Assembly: GCA_951406725.2 (NCBI GenBank)
Contig: OX597839.1
Coordinates: 12,648,001-12,712,000 of the forward strand
From: Octopus vulgaris
Lineage: Eukaryota
Direction of reading: 5' to 3'
DNA: 64,000 bases
The notes under the pieces are model-generated. The model ran no database searches and had not been told where the DNA came from. It saw only the letters and a program-made list of their open reading frames with translations. This document shows positions 13,866 to 27,520 of the stretch, one piece after another (the first letter of the stretch is position 1; each line of letters opens with the position of its first letter). Position numbers and translations under genes: made by a program.

Positions 13866-15579
13866 CAGCGATACCTCGCAGTAGAGTTTAATTCGTTCCT
13901 TGACCGAGCTCGTTTTACGAGTTACTCGTTTTACAAATAAATTTTACCCAATGAAATTAATTAAAATATAATTAATTTGTTCCAACCCAGAAAACCACCC
14001 CAAAATAATTTTTTATGGGTTTTGAAACAGAAACGGTGCAGTTACAAGGAAAATAACAATTATAAAAGCATACTAAAAGAGAATGCAAAACAAATATGTA
14101 AACTGGTTTATTAATTTAATTACCTTAAAGATGGAGCGGTAAGGAGTATGATTATTATTTGGAAGGAGAATCTCCTATTAAGACTTCAAGAAGGACAATT
14201 TCTGGAATTTTCTTTCTCATTTCGCTTAATTTAGGCTTTTTGGACACATTTACTTCACTTTTCAAACTTGCAGGCCGTTTCGTTAGAAACATCAAAAAAC
14301 GTCTACTTTTCCCTGCCTTTCAAAATGTTACGAAAATGTGCCAGAGCAGTATCATTAAATAAAGCAGCTGTACGACCTGAAGATACTTTTTCAGGATGAT
14401 TTTTTTTCTACAAATTCCGAAACATACTGCCTCTTTGCCAACACTGCCCTTATGTCACTCGTAGAGATAGCCTTCTCCGCTACACTGTCCTCCTCCGAGG
14501 AACCGATCTCTTCCACCGTATCCGAATGCTACTGCCCCTGAAACTGCAGGATTTCATCTGTCGTCAGGTCCTCTCAGTGTTCTTCGATGGGATCGCTCCC
14601 ATCGTCAACCTCGAGGCCCATGAAGTTGCCAAGAGACACTACCTCTTCGACTATAGGTGTCATAGATTCAAATCCCTCGAAGTCTCTTTCGGATATGCAG
14701 CCAGGCCACAGTTTCCTTCACGCAGAAGGAATTCAGCATTCTCCTCGTTACACCCTGCCAGGCTATATCGATGATTTTCAGGCAGTTAACAATGATGTAA
14801 TGCTCCTTCAAAGCACCGACGAAACAGGTGTTTGGTATACAAGTTCTTAAAGTTAGAAATCACCTGTTGGTCCATAGGCTGCAAGATGTAGGTTGTGTTG
14901 CATGTAAGGTAAAGAACTTTTATGAATTTAAATTCGTCCAGGATATCATCTTCGAAGTTAGGAGGGTGAGCAGAAGCATTGTCGAGGATGAGAAGAGCCT
15001 TGAACAGAAGATCGTTCTCCAGAAGGTACTTTTTCACTACTGGTCCGAAGATAAGTTTGACTCGCTTATTGAAGAATTGCCTGGCAACCCAGGCTTTAAC
15101 GTTTGCCCTCCACATGATCTGCAGCTATGAAAACCAGTCCTCTTCTTAAAATTATCTAACCAGCTGCGACTGGCCTTAAATATGTCTGCTGATGTCTCCT
15201 CCGTCGATGTTCCAGGGTTCTGTTTCAGGAGATCCCCATACAGCGCTCGTGCTTTCTCGTAGATGATGGTCTCTGTAATCGTATCCCCTGCGAGTTGCTT
15301 CTCGTTGATCTACAGGAGAAGCAATTTTTCCATCTCTTCGTGGACATATGTACGTTGATGGGAGAGCCTGGAGACACACTTTGCTGTTATAACAACCTTG
15401 ATCTCGTCCTTTTTCTTCAGGACGGTGTAGATCATCGACGTGCTTCGGTCGTATCAACGTGCTATGTCCACTACACACACACCTCTCTCATATTCATCAA
15501 TAACTTCCTTCTTCAATTCTAACGTAATCAGCTTTTTCTTTTCAACGCTGTCCTTTGCACTAACCTTCTTAGGAGACAT
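13866..15579 (-). mobile_element. Decayed pogo/Tigger-type DNA transposon
   Basis: N-terminus MSPKKVSAKDSVEKKKLITLELKKEVI (CENP-B-type HTH) from ATG 15579. DDE segment WRANVKAWV...ALLILDNASAHP...TTYILQPMDQQVISNFK at 14786-15115. TA plus TIR cagcgatacctcg at 13864. Stops, frameshifts and an internal deletion. Confidence 0.9.
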
Positions 15580-15785
15580 GGCTAACACAACTAATTATTA
15601 TATCCAAGGGAAAGGCAAAGGCCGATACAGCTTGGCACCTGTGACTGTCTTGCTCAAGAACACAACACGCAGCCCGGTCCAGGATTCGAATTCACAACCT
15701 CACGATCGTAAGCTCGACGCTCTAACCACTGAGCCATGCACCTTCACACACACACACACAAATACATTATATCTATATACATACA

Positions 15786-15818
<33 letters not shown>

Positions 15819-16255
15819 TGGGGTCTTGGTGTAGGAATTTCAGGGTTTTAAGAAATGTGGAGCCACCTTTTAGCCACTACTGTTCCCAGGTCTACTCTGA
15901 CTCGGAATAGTAGCACTTGTTAGGGACCCCACTGTGGGTTAACTAGGACCCGTGGTTCTCGTTAGAACTTCCTTCTAGAAGACAAACTCGTATAAAAAAA
16001 TCAAAAAAATCCCTGAAGTGCAGTTGATTTCTGGTCATCTCAGCCTTTATTGTGCCACTGGTTTTATAGCTGACAGCGTTGAAAAGTGGATTCAGTGCTA
16101 TATAATTCTTTATCCACTCAAAACAAACTCACGCACAGGAATTTCTTGGACTCTTGGAACGTTTGCACGGACTTACTGAATTTAGGAAATAGTCTTACTC
16201 GGTCACCATGCATGTATGCATACACATCTAGCCATATGTGTGTATTTATTTTTTT

Positions 16256-16313
<58 letters not shown>

Positions 16314-16750
16314 AAGTGTTTCTCATTGGAGTTAAAGGGGCTGTGAAAAGGGTCCGGATAAATTTTCTATGTTTAATGAAATTAAGACAATATTAAATTC
16401 CTTAAAACAATGGCAAAGAAAGAAGCCACCTATTTTACGCCCTCATTAACAAAGAAAGGAGGGAAGGGAGCCAAAAGGTTTTCCACTAATATATATATAT
16501 GGTGGCGGAGCGGTGGGGGTAGTTGTTGTTAGTCTGTGAATCACAGTATTCAGTGGGTGTTAACAATTATGTGTTCGAATTCCTGTTACATCACAACTAT
16601 AGAAACTAAAAACCAAAAGAGAGAGAAAAAAAACGTCTTTTTAGGCGAGTAACTTATTCCCCAGACCCTAACATCAGGAAGAAACAAATACACAATCTCT
16701 ACTTCTCTTCCCCATGTATATATATACATATATATATATATGTGTGTATG

Positions 16751-16807
<57 letters not shown>

Positions 16808-17268
16808 TCTCTCAGTTCTTGTCTCTTTATATCCCTCTTTTCTCTCTCTCTCTCTCCCATTTCCTTCTCTCCATTGTTCATTGTTTCCATTCGAGCCATA
16901 TTTTTTCTCAAGAATCTACAACAGCATCAGCGACGACGACATCAAAAATAGAATAAAATAAAGAATTGAAGAAAAGAAGAATTTAAAACCGAATTAAAGA
17001 CCAAAAAAAAAAAAAAAAAGAAAGAAAGAGAAAAACATTTAAAGTGGAACTCCATCAGATTTATCTACAATATAAACTATCTGCTGCTTCCTTCTATTTT
17101 TTTCTTTTCCTTTTATTTATGCTTGTACTGCTCAAATTTTGTGTTTGAGAGATGTGTGTGTGCGTACGCGCGCGCATATATATACATACATGCATATATA
17201 TATATATTTATTTTTTGTATGTATATATACTCATGAATATATATATATATTTGCTTTATGTATGTATG

Positions 17269-17319
<51 letters not shown>

Positions 17320-17830
17320 TTGTTTTATGCATATATATGTGGTGTGTATGATTAAATACATATTTGTTTGTGTTTATGTGTCTGTATATGTGTTTGTATA
17401 AGCGTCTGGGAGTGTGCGCGTTTGGTCGAATATGTGTGGGGGTGCGACCTCCACCATATACACATTACCCCACTCTCATATATTCCACCTCCTACCCCAC
17501 AACATTCGTATTACATTTACTTCCCTCCGAAAACATATTTAAGATATAGTGCTATGTGTGTGAAAGTGTGTGTATGTGTTAGATGGGAAGTTCTCCATAA
17601 ACAATTCCGTCTGTGACAGTTTAAATGTTTCCAGAGGGGTTGTATTGACAATGTTTCCTCTCTCTCCGTATATGTGTGTGTATGCGTATACACACACACG
17701 CGGGTGGTACAAACAGGAGAATTAGGACTCAATATGTAAAAGTAGAGCAATTTTTTTTCATTTAACAGTAGTGCTACACAAGTAATTTATGTCTAACATC
17801 TCCCTTGTGTTCATATATATATATATATAC

Positions 17831-18006
17831 ATATACTTTATTTTAAGCAGCAGAAAATTCAACAAAATCTGTTACTCTGAGTTTCTCGTTGCCGTTCATC
17901 AGACAGTTTTTGCTAGAATCGATGCAAAAACTGTCTGATGAACGGCAACGAGAAACTCAGAGTAACAGATTTTGTTGAATTTTCTGCCACTTAAAATAAA
18001 GCATAT
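17831..18006. repeat. Near-perfect palindrome (~83-bp arms, 10-nt spacer) of a hammerhead-bearing Penelope-like repeat
   Basis: The arm ctttattttaagcagcag...gtttttgc is the reverse complement of gcaaaaac...ctgccacttaaaataaag; spacer tagaatcgat. Confidence 0.92.
17926..17973 (+). ncRNA. Type-I hammerhead motif (family b); an inverted copy lies at ~17864-17911 on the minus strand
   Basis: CTGT-CTGATGA-A CG gcaa CG A-GAA-ACTC a GAGT-A-ACAG: stem I CTGT/ACAG, perfect core, GNRA-capped mini stem II, stem III ACTC/GAGT, GUA site. Confidence 0.75.
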
Positions 18007-18071
18007 TACTCTACCACTGGTATTTGAGTACTCTTTTTTCCACCTTGTTTCACATTTATGTGTTTACTCCG

Positions 18072-18110
<39 letters not shown>

Positions 18111-19402
18111 GTACCCACACATACATGTATACCCACACACACACACATATACATACACATATAGGCGTAGGAGTGGTTATGTGGTAACTAGCTTGTTTAC
18201 GAACCACATGGTTCCGGGTTCAGTCCCACTGCGTGGCACCTTGGGTAAGTGTCTTCTACTATAGCCTTATGAGTATATTTGATAGACGGAAACTGAAAGA
18301 AGCCCGTCGTATATATGTATATATATATATGTGCGTGTGTATATGTTTGTGTGTCTGTGTTTGTCCTCCCAACATCGCTTGACAACCGATGCTGGTGTGT
18401 TTACGTCCCCGTAACATAGCGGTTCGGCAAAAGAGACCGATAGAATAAGTACTAGGCTTACAAAGAATAAGTCCTGGGGGTCCTTTTGCTCGACTAAAGG
18501 CGATGCTCTAGCATGGCCACAGTCAAATGAATGGAAAAACTGAACGTCCAATAACAACGTCCTCGCGTTGTGTTTTCTCTTTGTATATATGTGTATATGT
18601 GTATATATGTGTATATATGTATATATGTGTGCATATATACATATCGGGTGGGGGTAGGGGTTACTTGGAGTTACTCTGGTGACGACCTATATAATAGTTT
18701 TGTCATATACATTTTCGCATTTTATTTGTAAGCTTCTCGTTTTGGGCTCCATGTTACTTTTCACCTCCCAATTTCATTGTTTCTCATTCATATCTAATAT
18801 TTAACATAAACCCAGTACTTCCTAAAAAACATAACAAAGAATTGTGTGAACTTCCAACTCTTGTCCTTGCAAGATGCATTTGCCCATGAGAGGAACAATG
18901 TCCCTCGAGTTATTTTTCAACAACAGATAAAGTTTGTTCCTGACATTTATTTAAAGACTAAAATTTTGTTTTACTAGAGACTATAGCCTCCTGAATGTAA
19001 AATGTATTTCTGGATCACACTGAATCAAAGGCACTTTGTGTAGAAATACATCTTCTCCCATAAATCAACCAGTCAAAAATTATAGCCTGAATAATTTGAG
19101 ACATTGTTGCATAAATGATGTACGAACTCTTTTTGAAGCATTCAGTAATTTGTGCTATTTTTGAGCAAGAGTGACACCGTTTCGAACCCGAAGTTACAAT
19201 CACAATTGCTTATAATTGGGATAAGTTAATATGATTCTGTTCAATATTTTTCAATTAATTTAACAAGCTACTTTACTTTCAGTTTAAACTTTAGATGACT
19301 TCGTGACGAGAACAGTGACTGACAATTATAACACCAAAGACTGATAACAATCTAAAGTTCAGACACTAAAAGGATAACAATTTCTTCTTTAGAAATATGT
19401 CT

Positions 19403-19825
19403 GGATCTTTTCGGTTTGAACAGCAGTTTTTTCTAGCGGTGTCATATGAAATTATCACCCATAATTATGGCCCTAGTATCGATCTATTGCATTTCAATCT
19501 CTTTTAGGGTTAGGGTTAGGGTTAGGGGTGGGGGGAAGGGTATCTTTTTTTCTCCAGAAATGTAAATAAACCCAATCTGTTTCTTAAACGAGGGACATAT
19601 TCATACGGCACAGAATGTTTTTTTACCTCAATAGATGTCAGCGATTGGTTGAAATTGCAGAAATTAAAGAAAAAACAACAAATATCTTACAAACTATAGA
19701 ATTTTCTCAATAAAGCCAAGAGAAAAAGTTGTTTTATAAACACATTCTACCAGTATACGAAGTTTAAAAGTGTTTAGTTACGTGGAAATTATTTTAAAAA
19801 ACTGCCGTTCAAACCGAAAAGATCC
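19403..19825. mobile_element. Telomere-repeat MITE copy 2, with (TTAGGG)4 internally
   Basis: Both ~29-bp TIRs present; TTAGGG x4 at 19504-19527; flanked by a 55-bp direct duplication. Confidence 0.92.
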
Positions 19826-20287
19826 CAATCTAAAGTTCAGACTCTAAAACGATACCAATTTCTTCTTTAGAAATATGTCTTTCTAAATTTGTGTAGATGA
19901 CTGACTTAGTACAATTTTATAAGTAGCAAAAAGGAAATGAATATTTTTCAATAAATTTCATAGAGAACTTTACCTTCAGATAGATTCTTCGAGAAGGGAG
20001 CAGTGACTGGCAATTATAACACCAAAGACATAAAAGTGTATGATATCAATTGCCTCTTCCAAGTCTGCCTTTTTAACTTTGTGAGAACAATTTTATAAAG
20101 AGTAAAGAAAAAATTAGTATTTTTTAATGAATTTCGTAAGGTACTTTACCTTCAGTGTTGAATTTAGACATCTTCGTGAAGCAGAAGTGATGTGAATTAG
20201 CATTTAGCAGACGATAAATGGGAAAGAGGAATACTTCGGTTGTTTCCGGATAATTCCGGTTTAAACGCTGTTTGTCAAATACCGGTT

Positions 20288-20356
<69 letters not shown>

Positions 20357-20600
20357 GAGTGAGGAGACGAAGAGAAAGAGTGATATGAAAAACAAAGAGA
20401 AAGACTGACAAATGTGTCGTGAAGAGGAAAATAGAGAGATGCATGAAAGATAGACAGCCAGATAGAGAGGAAGGGAGAGAGAAAGAGAGAGGGGGAAGGA
20501 GAGAGTGGGGACGAAGTGAAATAATGATATGAAAGACAGAGAAAAAAGGGGAGAAAGATAGTGACAAATAAGTCGCAAATAGGAAGATAGAAAGCTATAT

Positions 20601-20658
<58 letters not shown>

Positions 20659-20699
20659 CAGACAGATATGTAGGTAGGTAGGTAGGTAGGTAGGTAGGT

Positions 20700-20778
<79 letters not shown>

Positions 20779-21126
20779 GCGACAGAACGAGTTTGACTTC
20801 ATCGAAAATATGTGTATGTGTGTATGGTGCTTGCATTTGCGTGTATAATGTCATAAATATGTGTCCGTGCTGTCATTCAAATCTACTACAAGCATGATCA
20901 AGTAGATCTATAATCTAAAACATTCAAGTCATTAACATGCTGTTTTGTTTTCATTTTTAGCCAACGTGTTTTTTGGTTTTCAACGAAGGCAGCGTGTGAC
21001 ATTGAAGGAGATTTAGTTGTTATTTCTAGCAAGTCCCACAACTACGTGAATATGTTTGTACAAGCACACGCACGCACACAGACACACACACACACGCACA
21101 CACGCACGCACACATTGTTTTCTTTA

Positions 21127-21187
21127 GTTATCGTCTGCTATTTTGGCTTCAGCACGTGAGCTCAGCGTGCGTCGTTGTATATGTGTG

Positions 21188-21220
<33 letters not shown>

Positions 21221-21550
21221 GGGGAGTATGTGAGGGAGTGAGAAGAAGAGAAGGATAACAAGAGAGAGAGAGAGAGAGAGACAGTGAGGTAGGAGAGAAA
21301 GTGAGGGAAAAGAGAGATATAGTGAAGACATGTTATGCACGCGCGCGTGTGTGTGTGTGTGTGTTATCGTCTGCTATTATTTTGACTTCAGCACGTGCGT
21401 CTTTGTGTACGTGTGCATGTGAGAGAGAGAGAGAGGAGAGAGTATGTGAGGAAGTGAGAAGAAAAGACGAGGGAGAGAACAAGAGAGAGACAATGAGATA
21501 GGAGAGAAAGTGAGGGAAAAGAGAGATATAGTGAAGACATGTTATGCACG
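21127..21550. repeat. ~236-bp tandem duplication
   Basis: gttatcgtctgctatt...cttcagcacgtg...gtgaagacatgttatgcacgcg occurs at 21127 and 21363. Confidence 0.85.
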
Positions 21551-21903
21551 CGTGGGGTTGTGTGTGTGTGTGTGTGTTTTGAACAGAAACGCATCTCTCC
21601 GAATTACGTCTGTTGTAAAGTCACCATCCCTCTACCACTTCGTTTTGCTATCCACCTGCTCCTTCTTCTTACTCTTCAAAAATAGTCCACCCGTCCCTTA
21701 CAATTTCATAGGTTACTAGCTGAAATAGTCTTTATCTAACTTATAGTAAATATTTTCAAAAACAAAAAAATAAACAAACAAAAAACACAACGAAATTTCG
21801 GTCTGAGAACACTTTGTAAACCTTTTTATTTTCTTTCTTTTAAGAATGTATTTTTGTTTGATATCCATATATTCAAACATACGCAAATTCAATTCTGTAA
21901 AAG

Positions 21904-22240
21904 GGATCTTTTCGGTTTGACCGGCAGTTTTTTAAAAATAATTTCCACGTAACTAAACACTTTTAAACTTTGTATACTGGTAGAATGTGTTTATAAAACA
22001 TCTTTTTCTCTTGGCTTTATTGAGAAAATTCTATGGTTTGTAAGATATTTGTTGTTTTTTTCTTCTTCAATTTCTGCAATTTCAACCAATCAATGACGTC
22101 TATTGAGGTAAAACATTCTGTGCCGTATGAATATGTCCCTTGTTTAAGAAACAGATTGGATTTATTTACATTTCTGAAGAAAAAAAGATACCCTTCTCCC
22201 CAACCCTACTCCTAACCCTAACCCTAAAACAGATTGAAAT
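21904..22240. mobile_element. Telomere-repeat MITE copy 3 (one end truncated)
   Basis: Left TIR and body match the family; the match stops at agattgaaat. Confidence 0.88.
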
Positions 22241-22393
22241 TTCGAACCTGGGTTCTCATTCCTAAGGTATTTTTCGATGTTGTTGTTGTTATTATTATTA
22301 TTATTATTATTCAGGTCACTGCCTGGAATCGAACTCGGAATCTTGGGGTTAGTAGCCCACGCTCTTAACCACTGCGCCATATGCCCGTGGGCA
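22241..22393 (-). mobile_element. Truncated SINE with a tRNA-like head (ACT in the anticodon position)
   Basis: A box TGGCGCAGTGG, loop CT-ACT-AA, B box GAGTTCGATTC. The acceptor stem does not pair; followed by (AAT/AAC)n. Confidence 0.7.
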
Positions 22394-23081
22394 CACACAT
22401 AAATTCAAGCTTAGATACATAGATAGATAGATAGATAGATAGCTAGATAGATAGACGGATGGATGGATGGACGGACGGACGGAAGGACAGACAAACAGAT
22501 AGATAGATAGATATATAGATATATAGATATATAGATAGATAGATTGATAGATAGATAGATAGAAAAGTATACGCTCACGCATGCATACAGACACGTACAT
22601 ACACACATACACACATGATGAAAATAGTCTCTCGTAGTCCTAGAAAGACTGTTCCGCAAACTCTAGCAGAAACCCTTGCACAAATGATTCGTTTAGAGCA
22701 ATGAAAAATATGTCCCGTACATTACCTCACTCACTCCATGAAATCGACGTTTCCTGAACAGGTGGGCGTTGTACTCATAGGACAGGTGTCAGTGTGATCG
22801 CAGAGCAGCAGGAAATGAAGTGTTTTGTTCAAGAACACATCGCCTCACCTGGTTCTGGCATTGAAATACAATCTTGCGAGTGTGAGTGCAACACTCTAAC
22901 CATTAGGCCATGCGCCCTCACATGTACACACTGATGCATAAATAAACACTAACGTACACACACAAACGTATACATACACACATATATATATATTCATACA
23001 AACATATATATATATATATATATATATATTGTTATATTTCGGAATGGTCATATTGCCAGTTTAGCCAACAAATATTTAAAC

Positions 23082-23117
<36 letters not shown>

Positions 23118-23149
23118 ATACTCCTATACCTTTACGCACATATGCATAC

Positions 23150-23250
23150 ATAAACAGATGCATACTTATATGCAAACATACATACATGTGTGTACACATA
23201 TATACACACATACAGACGGATATACAGACTCAGTACCCATTACAATACAA

Positions 23251-23285
<35 letters not shown>

Positions 23286-23437
23286 CCTATACCCCTATAC
23301 ATGTACGCACATATACATACATACATACATACATACATACATAAACAGATGCATACTTATATGCAAACATACATACATGTGTGTACACATATATACACAC
23401 ATACAGACGGATATACAGATTCAGTACCCATTACAAT
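23150..23437. repeat. ~97-bp block duplicated at a ~190-bp period
   Basis: ataaacagatgcatacttatatgc...cagtacccattacaat at 23150 and 23341. Confidence 0.85.
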
Positions 23438-25939
23438 TTTCCTGACAACACCCAACTAACAAATAGAAAACTGAGACGAATTTGTGGGGTTTGGTTCTGA
23501 GAAAGCAAAAAGAAAAGAAAACAATATAGATATATGGTGTGAAAGGGGTATTAAAGGGCCAGATACAATGAAAGCGTGTTTTTAAGCCTGTTATACTGTA
23601 CTTAATTTGTTCCCTTCGTACATATATACACACATTTATATATACATAAATACGTGTGTGTGTGTATATATATGTACATATATAATCAAAATAAGCAACA
23701 AGGATATCCAAGGTAGTATAGTACAATCGTTTCATGCTACTTCATTTTATTAAACAATGTAAGTATTACATCAGTTTTAAAATGTAGAGCAATCTTCAGC
23801 CACATATAGAATTTTTTTAATTAAATATACAATGTACATTTTTATACTTATTTCATTTGCCAACATTACAAAGAGGGTATCTATATATCTACCCAGACTG
23901 TTATATGTTTTGTCATCCACACGCTATTGAAACAATTGTAAACTGTAGACGTAAGATAATATCAATAACTACATTCTTCATTCGCTATTTCTGCTACACG
24001 ATTGAAGGCAACCTTCCGGATTTTCTGTTTGAGAAAAACCAATGTTTCTGCTGAAGCACTCCTTCCTACATATTCGGAGATCCTGTCTTTGCAATATCAC
24101 TACTTTACCGGTGTGTGTGTGTGTGTTTAGAGAGATATATTATCCAGGCGGATACCGTGGTAGCTCTCAATTATGTTCCATGTTACAGCTAGCCGTAACC
24201 TGGAATTTCCAATTTCTTGTTTTGTTATGCAATAAACTCTGCAAATAATATTTCCATAATTCTCAATTTTAATATGTACTTTGACTAATACACAGCAACA
24301 ACTGGATTGTTATAATGGAATAACCGACGTTACTGTTGTTTTTTTTTTTTTTTAGTAGTCTCCCGTAGTCTGATTCTGCAATTTCTTGCAGAACAACCTG
24401 CACAAATGATTTATTTATAGCGATCAAAGGTGTGTCTTGTACATTAGCTCACTTCTTCCATCAAATCAACTTTGCCTGAACAGGTGTATAGTATACCCAC
24501 ACTTCAGGTGTTAACGTGATCGCAGAGCAACATGAGATGGAGAGTTTTGCTCAACAACACAATGCACCACAACGCCCCACCCAGTCCAAGAACTGAAACC
24601 ACGATGTCGCTATTGTGAGTGCAGCACCCTAACCACTAGGCCATGTGCTCACATATCGCTCATATATAAAACAGCGCTAATCAAAGCAACCGGGATTTAT
24701 TCGTTTTAATTAGTGGTTAAAAGTGCTCGTTACAATCCTTCAAGTAATACATAATTTGGTTAGTGCTGCTTTGACCCTTCAGCATTTAAACCAACCATAT
24801 CCGGCCTTAATCTACCTGTTTTATGTTCAAACTGGCCGCATCCAAACTCTCACACCTTTCCTACAATGTTATTCTAAAACTATATAATTACATCATCGAA
24901 ATTTCGAAGCTATGAGATAACACATGATTAAAGCAAAACAATGTAGATAAACAAGCATTACGTTTAAAAAAGTAATATGAATCTAAACAGTTAAAATTGC
25001 GTGATTTAAGATCCGTAAACTGAGTGAAAGAAAGAAAGCATTGACTTCGTACTGCTTCCTAACTGCCACATGTCACAATCTTTGAATGCCATAAACGTCA
25101 CTCATAAGGCACATAGCTCTGATTTCACTTTATAACCAACAGAATGAACGCATTTGTTGTAAATTAGTTTTATCTGATTTTCACTTATATTTACAATCAT
25201 TTAAGACGTTCAATCACGCCTAAAATAAGAACGATAATATCACTGCCAAAGAAAAAAAATGAAAAACGAAAAAGTAGAGGAAAATAGGGAAAGTTATTTG
25301 TAGGCGTGGCTGTTTGGTGAGAATTTTGCTTCCCAGCCACACGGTTCCAGTTTCAATCCCATTGCATGGCATCTATGACAATTGTCTTTTATTATTGTCT
25401 CGGGTCGACCAAAATTTTGGGCCCTTGTGAATGGCTTTGATAGACAGAAACAGAAAGAAACCTGCGTGTGCATGCATGTGTGTGTGGTGGGGGGCTGTAT
25501 ATGAGTCTATGTGTGTGTGTGTGTGTTGGCTTCACACCACCGCTGGACAACCAGTGTTGGCTAGTTTACGTCCCCGCAATTTAACGGTTCGGCAAGAAAG
25601 ACATCGATAGAATAACACTACACATACATACACATATCATATCACAACACACCACCCACACACCCATCCCTCCACACCCACACATACATACATACACACG
25701 TTCAGACCACCAGCCCTCTTTCACACGCACATACATACTCTCTTATACACACACGCACCTTCGTGTTGGGGCCACCTTTGTTTTGGAAGTCACTTGACCC
25801 TGTTATCTCCCCTACTATCCCTCTAGCATCTAACGTCTGACCTCTGACCTCTGCCTAAAGTCAGAATGCCATGATCGACCGTTAGCTCCTACATGCATTT
25901 TTTCTCTCCTTGTTTCTCTCCTTGTTTCTTTTCTGTGTA

Positions 25940-25977
25940 TCTTTCTGTCGAAGAGCGTAGGCTCGAAACGTAAAAGA
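25940..25977 (+). ncRNA. Hammerhead motif (family c; host repeat ~25830-26075)
   Basis: TCTTT-CTGTCGA-A-GAGC gtag GCTC-GAAAC-GTA-AAAGA; the core has an A6U substitution. Confidence 0.62.
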
Positions 25978-26943
25978 CTTGTTCTATTTCTATTCCTGAG
26001 CGCCATACTAATACATTTGTTTGTTTGTACTCCACCTGCCTTCATCTTTTTTTTATTTTCGTAAACCTTCCTGTTATATATATATATATATATTTCTTTG
26101 CTACTCACAAGGGGCTAAACATAGAGGGGACAAACAAGGACAGACAAAGGGATTAAGTCGATTACATCGACCCCAGTGCGTAACTGGTACTTTATTTATC
26201 GACCCCGAAAGGATGAAAGGCAAAGTCAACCTTGGCGGAATTTGAACTCAGAACGTAACGACAGACGAGATACAGCTGCGCATTTCGCCCGGCATGCTAA
26301 CGTTTCTGCCAGCTCACCATATATATATATATACACAACAGGTTTTTTCAGTTTCCGTCTACCAAATCCACTCAGAAGGCTTTGGTCAACCCGAGGCTGT
26401 AGTAGAAGACACTTGACCAAGGTACCAGGCAGTGAGACTGAACCTGGAGTCATGTGGTTGGTAAGCAAGCTACTTACCACACATCCACTCTTCTTCTTCT
26501 TCTTCTTCTTCTTCTTCTTCTCCTCCTCCTCCTCCTCCTCCTCCTCCTCCTTCTTCTTCTTCTTCTTCTTCTTCTTCTTCTTCTTCTTCTTCTTCTTCTT
26601 CTTCTTCTTCTTCTTCTTCCTCGACTACTGCTGCTTAAACAATCAAAACCAATAACTCATATAAAATATTCTTTTAGGACTACTACTACTTCCAAGCCTT
26701 CACAAGAGTAAAAAAGAGAGAAAGACATATAGAAAAAAGGAAACTGTCCCTTGTATTTGAAAAATATGGAAATATTTTTAAAAACATTTCATTTAATTTT
26801 TCCACAATTTAATACTCTAAGTTGAAAAAGCCACAAAGACAGAAACCGGTACTAAAATGTTCTTCATGATAAACATATTTTAGCATTTTCTATCTTGCCT
26901 TATTTTCCTTATACATAACTCGTATGTTCCTTTTCAACCTTCT

Positions 26944-26978
<35 letters not shown>

Positions 26979-27060
26979 CACACACACACACACATTATAT
27001 ATTATATATATATATATAATGTGTATTATATATCTTCATATTTGTGTGTGTATGTATGTA

Positions 27061-27107
<47 letters not shown>

Positions 27108-27393
27108 TTACATAACTATCATGCATACATGTGTGTGTAAACCGAGAAACACCAATTAATCATTTTGGGGCTTGAGTGTCAAGGATGGAATCCTACCAAC
27201 CAGGAGTGGCTGAAGTGGTTATACACTAGATTTTTCTCATTTAATCAGTCTCTGACATGCTGTTGTGGGGTCAGCCTGTATATGTGAGTGTGTACATGTT
27301 TATGCGTTTTATGTATGTGTGTATAAATATCGTAACAAAAATGTATCAATGACTGTCAACTACCGCTAAAACGAACTTATCATTCAGGTCATC

Positions 27394-27520
<127 letters not shown>

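Noticed and set aside
19504-19527. (TTAGGG)4 as a true telomere or chromosome-fusion scar
   Set aside because: It occupies a fixed internal position in a dispersed MITE present in both orientations.
22314-22386. Functional tRNA-Ser(ACT) gene
   Set aside because: The acceptor stem does not pair, the T stem is imperfect and there is no long variable arm; better explained as a SINE head.
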